From assembly GCA_918797485.1 (NCBI GenBank), contig CAKKNE010000004.1, forward strand, positions 5,084,001 to 5,148,000: a stretch of 64,000 nt of DNA, written 5' to 3'. Each line of letters opens with the position of its first letter. Position 1 is the first letter of the stretch. The position numbers and the translations under genes were made by a program. The notes under the pieces are model-generated. The model did not search any database, was not told the DNA's origin, and saw nothing but the letters and a program-made list of their open reading frames with translations. Shown in pieces: positions 30,801 through 42,800 of the stretch. Source of the stretch: Pelagomonas calceolata (lineage: Eukaryota).

Positions 30801-33800
30801 CCCGCGTCACGCGCACGTCGCCCGCGACGTACTCGTGGTCGAAGGGCGCGTCCGTGGCGTGGCCGAGGTTGACGAGCGCCGACCGGAGGCGCGACGCGGC
30901 GGCGTTGTAGTTCAGCTTTGCGGTCGTGACGCCGTGGGTCGTCGCCGACCGCCCGTTGGAGAACTGCACGACGAAGCCGCTCTCGGAGTCGGGCGTCGTG
31001 CCCGCCGCCCACGTCGCGCGGATCTGCTGCTCCTCGCAGACCGTCTCGGCCGTGAACCACTCGACGAGGTAGCCCGTGATCGGGCTGCCGTTGTCGCCCG
31101 CGAGGCTCGAGTTCGTCGCGTTGCCCGGGGCGAGCCACGAGACGTCGAGCTCGGTGATCGGCGCGCCGCTCCGCGTCAGCGCCGTCGACACCGCGAGGGC
31201 GTCGCAGGCGTCCGGCGCGGCGGCCGGCGCCGTCGGGTCCGCCGCCACGCCCCACGGCGACGGGCCCACCTCGTTCACCGCGGCGACGCGCGCGTAGTAG
31301 ACCACGCCGCTCTCGAGGCCCGTCAGGTACGTCACGGCGGGGCCGCCCTCGTGGAGCACGTTCTCCGCCGCCGCCGCCGCGGTGACGTTCACGCGCCGCA
31401 GGTTCGTGCCGAAGCTGAGCGACGTGTCGTACTCGACCAGGAAGTGCGTCAGGTTCGAGCCGCCGTCGCTCACGGGGAGGGCGAACCGGAGCTGGAGCTT
31501 GTCCCGGCCGGCCAGCGCCAGCCGCGCCCCGGTGGGCGCCAGGGGCACCTGGTCCGCCGTCACGCCGGAGATGGTCTCGGACCACCGCACGGTGTCGACC
31601 TCGGCGAGCGGGTCGTAGAGCTCGTTCCGCGCCGCGATGCGGAAGTAGTACGTCGTGTTCACCACGAGGCGCGCGACCACCGAGTCGTAGGGCGGCGTCC
31701 CCGCGATGGGCGCGCCCTGGATCAGGCAGCTGCCGAACTCGGCCGTGTCGCAGTGCGCCGCGTCGCCCTCGGCGGCGTCGAACGTGTCGGCCGTGTCCCA
31801 GTGCAGCGTGTACCCCACGATGGTGCCGGAGGCGGTGGGCGGCGGCGACCAGAAGACGCGGATCTCCGACCCCGAGAGGACCTCGAGGGAGAAGCTCCCG
31901 ACGGCGTCCGGCACGCGCTGCGGCGTCGCCTCGGCGACGTCCGACCAGGGCCCGGGGCCCAGCGGGTTCACCGCGCGGCCGCGGACGTACACGGTGCCGA
32001 AGGAGGGGAAGCCCGTCGCGTAGAGGCACGCGGCGCAGCCCGCCGGCCGCACGCCGACCGACGCGTCGACCGGCACGAGCGCGTGCTCGGGGCTCGAGAT
32101 CGGGCGCGGCGCCCCGTTGCCGAGGAACCGCACCTCGTACTCGTAGCCGCCGGCCCAGCCGCGCACGGCGAGCTCGTCGCCGCTCGCGCCCTGGTACGAC
32201 GTGTCCACCGCCGACGAGTGGGCCTCGGCGAGGTGGAGCGCCGTCGGCGCGCCGGCGGCGTCGTAGCTGTCCGCCACCGAGTACCAGGCGCCGCCGACCG
32301 TGATCAGGTCGGACGCCTGCGGCGCGTCCTCCGCCGTCAGCCCGGGGCAGGTCAGCACGGGGTGGCCCGTCTCGCCCCGGCACGTCGCGAGCGCGTCGAC
32401 GCGCGCCGCGTACGTGCGCTCGACCGCCAGCGCGCCGACGCCCGGCAGGGCCTCGAGCGCGTGGCGCACGGCCCGCGCCGTCGCGTCGGCGCCGAGCAGC
32501 GGCGTCGTGGCGCCGCCGTAGCCGAGGCGGAAGTGGCCCGCGACGGCCGGCGTCTCGAAGCCGCGCGCCTCGAAGGCGCCCGACGCGATGCGGACCATCT
32601 GCCGCGTGTAGTCGGCCGGCATGTCGTACTCCGTCACGTCGGCCTCGAAGGAGGCCGTCGACGACGTCTGCAGCTCGACCTTGTCGACGGAGGCGCCGCA
32701 CGCGCCGCGCGTCACCTGGCTCTCCGAGCACTCGCGCGGCACGTCGTACGAGATCGAGATGGCGTCGCCGCGCGCCTCCGAGCCCTTGAGGACCTCGGCG
32801 ACGTGGATCGCCGCGCCGGCGCCCGTGAGCCGCGCCCCGACCGGCCGCAGCTCGGGCACGTCGCCGCGCGCGGTCGTGAACGTGATCAGGAAGGACTTGC
32901 CGCCCTCGGAGGACGCGTCGTCGCGGTCCGAGACCTCCACCGACCCCACGGCCCCGATGGCCTCGAGCGCCGCCGCGACGTCGGCGGCCGCCGCGTCGTG
33001 CGGGAGCGTCGTCGTCGAGTAGCCGTCGACGGTCTCGAGCGAGTACTCGCCGCCGAGGACGTTGCCGTCCCGGACCGTCGTCACGGCGACGGCCGCGCCG
33101 GACCCGGTCAGCGAGCTCACGACCTCGAGCGGCGGCACGTCGCCGGCGCGGTCGAGGAACGTCACGGTCCACGCGTAGCCGTCCTGCGCGTCCGGGCCCG
33201 ACCGCGTCACGGCGACGGACCCGGCGTCCGTCAGGGAGAGCGCCGCCGCGAACTGCGCCGCGGAGGCGTCGGACGCGATGGGCTGCGACGCCGCGACGGT
33301 CATCGCGCCGGCGATCGAGTTGCCGTCGATGACCGTCGACACGGCGCACGACGCCGCCGACGCGACGAAGGCCGCGTCGCCGCGGCAGGCCAGCGTGGGC
33401 AGGTCGCCGGGCGGGTCCCGGTACGTCAGCGTCCACGTGAGGCCCTTGCCCGTGTCCGTGATCTCGACGGCGACCTGCACGTCGCCGATCACCGGCAGCT
33501 TCTCGAACTCGCGCTTGAGCTGCCGCACCGTGACCGGCGAGTCGTCCGCCGCCCGGAGGTCGAAGCCGCCCCGGTCCGGGTTCGTCACGTTCAGGAAGGC
33601 GTCGACGCCGTCGCGCCACCCGAACGGCGTCAGCACGCCGTAGACCTCGGTCGCGAAGAGGTCGGTGCACGCGGTGTCGCCCGTCACGGCGCCCACCTCG
33701 ACGTACGACGCGTTCAGGCCGTACCGGTCCGGCGGCTCGGCGCGCAGGCCGTAGCCGTCGAAGTAGACGTCGAACGCGTAGCCGTAGTGGCTCGCGGCCG

Positions 33801-36800
33801 ACGCGTCGCCCCGCCGCACGACGCGCACCGAGTCGAACATGCGCATGGAGATCAGGGCCTCCTGCACGTCCTCCGCGGAGGCGTCCCAGGCCAGGCACGT
33901 CGAGTTCCGCGCGAAGCGGCCGCCCGTGTTCGGGCCGCCGCGGTCGACGGTGACGCGGAAGGCGCCCTCGACGATCTTGGCCGTGGCGCCGACCACGATC
34001 GTCGCCTTGGCCGTGTGGGTGCCGAGGCCGCGCACGCCGTAGCGGTCCGGCGCCGGCGCGACCGTCACGTTCGCGCCCGCGGCCTTGCCGGCGTAGCCGT
34101 AGACCTCGGCGGCGCAGAGGTGCGCGCGCGGCGGGGGGATCTTCCCCTGGAAGCCGTCGTAGGAGATGGTCCAGGAGTAGCCGTAGTTCGACGACGCGGC
34201 GCCCGTGCCGCTCCGCGCGACCGCGACGTCGTCGGCCGACGCCGCGAAGCCCGTCGCGACGATGGCGGCCGCGACGTCCTCGGCCGGCGCGTTCCAGGGG
34301 ATGCAGGCCGTCGTGAAGTTGTCGTAGATCATGGGCCCCTTGTCGTTGTTGGCGCGCGGCAGCGTGAGGTTCAGGGCCCACGCGCCGCGCGTGACCGTCG
34401 CGAGGGCCTCGAAGGCCACGACGTCCGCGTCCGGGAAGTAGACCGAGAAGTTCCCGGCCACGACCTGGCCGTAGGCCGCCTCGATGGTCACCTCCTGCGT
34501 CTCGAAGATCTCGTCGGCCGTCGCCGTGAAGACCTGGACCTCGTCGACGTGCGTCGCCGCGAGCGTGAGCGCCTGGACCTCGTCGGTGTGCTCCGCCGTC
34601 GCCAGCGCCAGGCCGACCAGCTTCGGCGGCGGCGCGGCCGGCGCGCCGACGGCGGCCGGCGCGCTGAAGTTGCCGTAGCCCAGCGCGTTGCGCGCGGCGA
34701 CGCGCACCGAGTACGGCACGCCCGTCTTGAGGCCGCCCAGGGTGATGCCCGTCGCGGCGGAGCCCTGGACCACGTCGTCCACGACCGTCGCGCGCACGCC
34801 GTCCGCGAGCTGCGTCGCGTCGACGCTCATGGGCGGCTGGTCGCCGAGCGCCTCGTCGAACGCGACCGACACGTAGAAGCCGCTGACCTTGTAGACGCCC
34901 AGCTCGGTGCCGTTGGCGCCGCGGTAGGCCCCGGGCCGGAACGCGTCGTCCGGCCGGCCCAGCGGGAGCTGGGCCGGGAGGAACGCGTCCGTGCGGTGGC
35001 CGGCGCCCGCGCGCACGACGGCCGTGCTCACGGTCTCGGCGCCGTCGCCGGCGCGGTCCATGGCGAAGTTGCGCGACCACGGCGACGCGCAGTCGCTCAT
35101 GTTCACCTCGACGCGCGGCGCGTCCATGACGCCCACGAGGCCGTCGAAGTAGATCGAGTAGACGAAGCCGTTGGGCGCCTCGATGGCGTCCGTCGACCGC
35201 GTCACCGTCGTGGCGCCGGCCACGCCGAGGTGGTGCTCGATGAGGTAGTTGAGCTCGAGCTCGACGTCGGCGTCGCGCGCGTTCCACGCGAGGCACGCCG
35301 ACGTGTTGCCGTAGGGCAGCTCGCGCTGCGCGCGGGCGCCCAGCCCCGCGGCGCCGATCGAGACGCGGTAGGCCGGCGTCCCGCCCTTGGCCCAGCCGCC
35401 GCCGTCCGCGTCCTTGACCGTGATGGTCTGGACCGCGACCTCGGGCTCGCGCACCGCGAAGTACTGCGGCACGAGGAAGCCGTCCGCGTGGCCCTCGCCC
35501 TCGAGCAGGACCTTGGAGCCCAGCGTCAGCTCCAGCGGGTCGGCGCCGCCCCGCGCCTTCATGGACCCGGCCACGGACGCGCCGGGCTTGAGCGTGTCGC
35601 CGCACGCGTAGAGCTGGACGACCCACGTGTCGCCGACGGCGTGGCCGACGCCGCTGCGGAAGCGGAAGTAGACGCCGTCCTCGTCGAAGACCCCGGGGTT
35701 CGAGGGATGCTCCGAGCGCTCGATGGGCACCCAGGCCGTCCGGGCCAGCTGCGCCGCGTACGTCTTCCGGCCCTCGCCCTCGACCATGCGGCTGAAGACG
35801 TAGGTGTCGTTCTTCAGCAGCGTGCCGTTCACGTCGTAGACCGCCGGGGCCGTGATCTCCAGCAGGTAGGTCGCCACCGCCGGCACGCGGCTCGAGTCGT
35901 AGACCTCGAACTCGGCGTCGTCGAGGCCCGCGGCGTTGCCCCGGGCGTTGTAGTAGACCGTCTTCTCCTGCAGGGTCATGCCGTTGTGCACGGCGAAGAC
36001 CGCGGGCAGGTCGCCGGACATGAGGTCGCCCACGTAGTCCAGCTCGTAGGTGTAGCCCCAGGCCGTGCTCCCGTCGCCGAAGCCGCTGCGCGCCACGGTG
36101 ATCTGCGGGTGCGCCACCGTGAGGTTGCGGTAGGTCATGTTCAGCGCGTCCTGGATGCGCTCCTCGAGCACCTCCGCCGGGACGCCCCACTCGAAGCAGG
36201 AGCCGCCGTAGTAGTTCTGCTGCGCGCCGACCGTGTTCGCCGTGACGTGCGTGAGGTGGTTGAGGAAGAGCGAGAAGTAGCGGCCCGTCGCGGGCTTGTC
36301 CGTCTCGGCCTCGGCCGCCAGCGTGAGCAGCTGCACGGACCGCGAGCCGCCCTCGCGCGTCGTGGTGACGCGCGCGTCGCGCGCGCGGCCGCCGACGTGG
36401 GCCCACGAGGCCGCGCACTGGCCCGACGCCTCGTCGACGATCTCCAGCTGGTCCGCGTTCGCGAGGTGCGGGCCGACGAAGGCCACCTCGTAGGCGTAGA
36501 CGTCGCGGCCCCGCGTGACGGTCTTGACGGCGAACGCCGGCGCGCCGGCCAGCGACTTCCAGAGCTTCTTCCCGGCGCCGCAGCCGTCGGACGGCCGGAT
36601 GACGCCGCCGGTCGCGTCGCAGTCCACGGCCCGCTCCAGCTCGAGCTGGGCGGCCGTGCCGTGCGTCGCCGTCGCCGCGACCGTGTAGAGGCGGAACGCG
36701 TCGACCGACCCGCCGATGCGGACGCGGTCGCCGGGCGCGAGGAACTTCGCGACGTCCGCGGAGAGCTCGACCGTCGTCGAGTTGTGCACCGTCGTGGCCG

Positions 36801-39800
36801 TCGCCGCCAGGAGCTGCTCCGGGCCCGCCGCGTCCTGGCAGCCCGCCTCGGAGCCGACGGCCACGACCTCGATCTGCGGCGCGTTCGCGCCGAGGACGCT
36901 GGACGTGGCGCCGCCGTAGCCCGAGGCCGCGCGCGTGTTGTCCGGGCCGCGGAAGGTGAAGACGTAGGCGTAGCCGTGGCCGTACCGCCCCTCGCCGTCG
37001 CCCTCGCGCGCCACGGCGACGTGGCCCGCGTCGTTGGCCACGCCGTCGTTGTTGAAGTCGAAGGCCAGCGCGTCGAACGCCGCCTCGACGGCCGCCGCCG
37101 ACGCGCCGTAGGCGATGCACGCCGTCTCCCGGAACTCGCCCTCGTGCGTGACGCGGAGCTTGAAGAGGCCCTCGGTGTTGGCGTCCGCGTAGTAGACGTC
37201 GTCGGCGACGACCTGGACCTCCGTCCGGCCCAGCGTCGCGACGCCCAGCCCCGACTTGCGCACGGACACCGCGTGCTCGACCTTGAAGAGCTCGACGTCG
37301 TCGACCGAGAAGTGGACCTTGGCGGAGATGTCCTCGGTCAGGCGGAGGGCCAGGCCCTGGTACAGGACCTCGGCGACGGTGAAGACGCCGTCCGTGCCGT
37401 TCACCCGGACGCGGTCCCCGGGGAAGACCTTGCCGTCGAAGCGCGGCCGCCGGTCGACGTGGTCGTCGAACTCGTCGCGGCGCCAGAAGCGCGACGCGTT
37501 CGAGGCGAAGAGGAGCGTGCCCGCGTAGTGGTTGGGCGGGTCGTCGGCGTCCCGGTTGATGGGCCGCAGGTCCACCGTGACGTCGAGCTTGTGGTCCGTC
37601 AGCGACGGCAGCGCGTTCAGCGCGGCCTCGACCGCGGCGCCGTCGGCGCCCCAGTCGAGGCAGGGCGTCGTGAAGCGGCCGTACCTCAGGCGGAAGTACG
37701 CGCCGGACAGCGCGCCCCCGTCCAGGGCCAGCGCGATCTCCTGCCGCTCGGTCACGCCGCCCTGGACGACCGTCTGGACGCCGATGTCGAGGCCCGTGAA
37801 GTTCGACCCGGGCTGCTGCCTGTTGCCCCAGTCCTTGTGGCCCTGCTTGAAGCCCACGGGCCAGAGGCGGTTGCACGTCGACGAGATGAGCTCGAGCTGC
37901 GGCACGTCGCCGACGCCGACGCCCGAGTAGCCCGTCCCGAAGTAGATCGAGTAGAGGAACGCGTCGCCGTGCGCGCCGCGGCCCGACCGCGACACCTCGA
38001 CGCCGCCGCTCAGCGCGTCGAAGCCGTTCAGCGCCGCCGCGACGTCCGCCGCCGACGCGCCGAACTTGAGGCAGTCCGTCGTCTGCGCCGAGCCCGAGTA
38101 CATCATGCGCAGCCGGAAGAGGTCCAGCGACGCGTTGACGTGGTCCGGCGTCACGTCCGCGGCCACGTAGAGGCGCTGCACCTCGGCGCCGGAGCGGATC
38201 ACCTCGTGCGTCTCGCCGCCGACGCGGACGAACGCGCCCGTGGGCGCCGTCCGCACCAGCGACGCCTGGGGCGTGCCCACGACCGGCGAGTCCTCCTTGT
38301 AGGCCAGCAGGCTGCCCAGCCGCGTGGCGCCGTCGGCGGCCGCGCCCCGCGCCGCGAAGCCGCCCCGGTCGCCGCCGAGCCGGAAGACCTCGCCCGGGTT
38401 GAGCGCGTCCGCCAGCACCGTCTCCAGCGTCCCGCCCGCGCCGAAGGTCCCGTCGTACCGCAGCGACGCCGTCGCGCCGTCCCGGTCGACGGTCGCCCAG
38501 ACGCCCTCGACGCGCTGCAGCGCGACGTCCGACCGCGCGACGCGCAGCTCGCCGACGGTGTCCATCTGCTCGAGCACGTACTCCATCTCGTCGTGCGCCT
38601 CCTGCCACTCCATGGGCTCGGACCACGCGCCGCGGACGCCGAGCGCGAACGCGCCCGCGAAGGGCGTCGAGCCGGACCGCAGCACCGTGTTCACGACCTG
38701 GGGCACGTTGCCCTGGAGGCCGTGGCCGTCGACCGTGATCGAGTCCAGGTTGCCCGCGCCCGGCGGGAACGTGAAGCCGCGGTACGCGCCCGGGTTCTTG
38801 GTGAACTTGACGCGCCACTCGAGGCCGCCGCGCTCGCCCTCGGGGGCGACGGCGACGGCGCCCCAGCCGCCCGACGCGGCCGAGGGGTAGGACAGCCGCT
38901 CCACGGCGACGCCGCCCACGGTCAGCATCTCCTCGAGCTTGCGCTCGAACCGCTTGGCGGACTCGTTGTACGCGACGCTGCGCGCGCCGAACGGCGCCTC
39001 GAAGTCGATCTCGAAGGCGCCGGACATGCCCTCGCTGCCCTTGGTCGTCTCCCAGACCGTCGGCACGTACACGACGCCGTTCGTGGCCGGGTCCTGCGTC
39101 ACGTTCAGGTCCACGACGTCGCCCGACCCGGGCGGCACCTGCTCGTGGTTGTAGACGAAGGTCACGCGCCACTCGACGACGCCGTGCCGGCCGTAGACCT
39201 CGCGCGAGACGTTCACGACGCGGCGGCCCAGCGACGTCGTCTCGAGCCACTGCTTGACGGAGCCGGCGCCCTCGCCCGGCGCGTTCCACTGGAGCTGGCT
39301 CGCGCCGAGGGGGTCGTCGCCCAGGGCCGAGAGGGACCCCTTCGGGTCGTCGCCGCCGACGTGGAAGCGCGTCAGGTTGCCGCGCGTCACGACGCCGTCG
39401 ACGCACCCCGAGAAGGTGCAGTTGTTCGGGTTCGTGCGGCCGTCGACCTCCGTCCGCGCCGTCACGTTCTGCAGGTCCGTCTCGAAGGGGTTGCAGCCGC
39501 CCTTCTGGTAGTGCCGGAACCGGTCGGCGTTCGCGCCGGAGCCCTTGGCCGTGTAGTTGAACTGCAGGCCGTCCGCGGACTCGGGCGGCGCGACGTCGCC
39601 CGCGCCCCGGAACGACACGCGGTACTGCCAGGCGTTGGGCGCCTCCGTCTCCGAGAAGTGGCGCGACACCGACACGTTCGCCAGCGCCCGCCGCACGAAG
39701 GCGCGCGCGGACGCCTTGCCGATCCGGGCGAGCGCGTGCCGCACCTGGGCGTCCGTCGCGTCGTAGGGCAGGCAGTCCTCGAAGAACTCGCCCGCGAAGC

Positions 39801-42800
39801 CGATGCGGTAGGACGCGCGCGCGAAGTCGTCGCGGTCCGTCCAGGCCTTGGCGGCGTGGTAGCTCGACGCGTTCGAGCCCCAGCCGGCGTACTCGGGGTC
39901 CCGCACCGCGAAGGACTGCACCTCGTCGCGGCCGGGCGGCGCGGTCCACTTGTCGGCCACGTCCAGGAGCGTGACCTTCTGGCAGTCGTAGGCCGCGCCG
40001 CCGCTCCCGGCGCTGCAGTCGCCCGCGAGCTCCGACGCGTCGAAGCCGCCGAACTTGGGCACGTCGCCGGGGCTGTTGCACCGGTCCTCGACGGTGTCGC
40101 GCTGCTCGCAGTCGCCGAAGCGGCCCTCGCCGCTCGCGCCCGCGTCGCGCAGGAAGGTCACGGTCCACGTGTGGCCGCCGTTGTTGGCGCCCTCGTTGAC
40201 GGGCGACCGCGTCACGAGCACGTCGCCGACGTTGGGCATCTTCTCGAGGATCTCCTCGACGCTCGTGCCGTCGCCGCCGCTCTCGAGGACGCCGGCCTGC
40301 GCGTTGTGCCGGATCGGGTCCGACGTGTAGCTGCCGCGCATGTTGATGATGTCGTGGCCCGTCGTGTCCAGCGTGACGCGGAAGGACCCGCCGAGGGGCT
40401 CCGTGCCCTTGACGTACTCGGCGACGCTGCACGCGTCGGCCGGGAGCGCGCCCGACGACGAGTACATGCCGCTGTCGACGCAGGAGATCGGGGGCATGTC
40501 GCCGCAGTTCTTGCCCCACTCCTTGCTGACGCCCGTCGCCCACGTGTCCGTCCACGTCGTGGCCTCGCCGACCCAGTTGCCCGCCATGGAGCCGTCGTCG
40601 GCGTGGACCACGGTCGGGTCGCGCCACGACGCCGAGTCGAAGGTGATGGACCAGACGTAGCCGCCCACCTGCGTGCCGCCGCTCAGGTCGGGCCCCGTCG
40701 TCATCGGGCCCGAGCGCGACACCTTGACCTTGGACGGGCTGATGGACGAGAGCATGTTGAGCTGGTTCTCGACGTCCTGGGCCGAGGCGTCCGTCGCCAG
40801 CATGCCCGTCGTGTAGCCGCCGAAGCGGAGCTGGAACGAGCCGTAGAGCTGCGCGCCCTCGAGGTCCGTGACCGCCGTCGCCGCGGCGCCCGGGCCCTGG
40901 AGGAGCGTGGACGTCGCCGTCAGGAGCGGCACGTCGCCGCCGACCTCCGCCGACCGGTACGTGATCGAGTAGGAGTAGCCCGCGGCGCGGTTCGGCGACC
41001 CCGACCGCGCGACGTCGACGACGTCGCGCCCGGCGAACAGCTCGGCCTCGAAGAGCTCCTTGAACTCGGCGGCCGTCAGCGCCGTGTAGTGCGACGTGTT
41101 GATCACCGGCAGGTTGTTCTGCGCCGAGCAGAGGTCGCCGAGGCACAGGCCGTACGTGCCGCCGACCTGGCCGCCGTCGCGCGCCTCGCCCGTCGAGTCC
41201 TGCGCGAAGGTGAACGAGTCCGAGACGCCCTGGAACGTGTCCGCCGCGCCCGAGTTCTCGTCCTCGACCTCGACGACCACGGCGCTCTTCCCGACGTCCG
41301 GGTGCGGCGGCGCGAGCGGGTTGAGGCCGAGGCCGGACGTGCCGTAGGTGACAGTCGTGTTCGCCTCGACGCCCATCTGCGGCACGTTGCCGACGGCGCT
41401 CAGGAACGTGACCGTCCAGGCGTAGCCGCCGGCCCAGCGCGTCTCCGTCGACGGGACGTAGGGCGTCCGCGCGACGTCGACGAGCCCGAAGGCCTTGGAG
41501 GCGCCGTCGTCGGCCTGCACCCGCTCGAGGATCTTCTCGAGCCGCGCGGCCTCCTCGTTCCAGCGAATGGCCGTCGTGTTGTAGAGCTTGGGCTTCTTCA
41601 CGCGCTCGTTCGGGAACCGCGTCGAGAGCGCGAAGTCGCCGTCGGCCAGCGAGCCGTCCTGCAGCGTCGTGACGTTGCAGATCAGGGCCGACGCCGGCTG
41701 GCCCGCCGACGACGACGACATGAACGCCGTGTCGCAGCGCATGGGCTTCAGGTCGCCGGGCTGGCCGAGGAACGTGACCTCGACCTCGAGGCCGACGTGC
41801 GTCTTGTTCATCCACACCGCCCCGGGGTCGGAGACCGCGAGGAGGTTCGCGGCCGACTCGATCGTCGGCACCGCGCGCAGCGACGACGAGAACGTCGCCG
41901 CCGACGAGTCCACGGGGATCACCGACGTCTCGCGGACGCGGTCGACGGAGCACGCCTGCGACACGCCGGAGGCCAGCGTGGGGTCGCTGTAGAACGTGCC
42001 GACCTCCGCGTCCGTGGCGTCGGCCGTGGACCCGGTCCACGGCGCGGACAGGCTGACGTTCGCGTAGGGGTAGGCCAGCTCGTCGCGGTCGAAGATCGCG
42101 TCGATCTGCACGTAGGCGTCCGTCGCGCCGCCGACGCGGATCCAGTCCCCGACGTAGATGTCGTCCCGCAGGCCCCAAAGCTTCGCCGAGTCGGACCCCG
42201 CGACGAGGTTCACGACGTCGAGCTTCTGCGTCCGGGCCTCGCACTCGTACGAGAGCTTGATGGAGCCGTCGGGCTGCGCGCCCTCCTGCACCGTGAACGC
42301 GTCCTGCTTGTCGAGGTACAGGGCCCCGATGTCCTCGGGGCAGCTCGGCGAGCACGACGCGTCGCAGCACGTCGCGAGGGTGCCGACGATGCCGGCGCCC
42401 AACGGATATGCGCCAGTGGTCGCGCCCGTGCCGTCGTTGGCCTCGTAGCCGCCGGTCACGTGGACGGTGGTCGGCTCCTTCGAGCTGACGACCAGGGCGG
42501 GCACGTTGCCGCGCAGGTGGCCGCCCGTGAACTCGACGCGGTACTCGACCTTGTAGACGCCGCCAATATCGTTTTGGCCGCCGACGAACTCCTTCGTGAG
42601 CGTCACGTTGAAGCCGCGGTAGCCCTCGTCGCCCGTGGCGCCGGGCGTCTGCGGCCCCTGGGCGTCCTCGATGAACTTCACGCCGTTGATCGTCATGCCG
42701 TTCAGGTGCTCCTCCATCTTGTCCTGGCCGATGAGCGCCCCCGAATCGAATAAATTAAATTCCTTGGCGACGCAGTCGTTGGCCGGGTCCGCGTCGCAGG

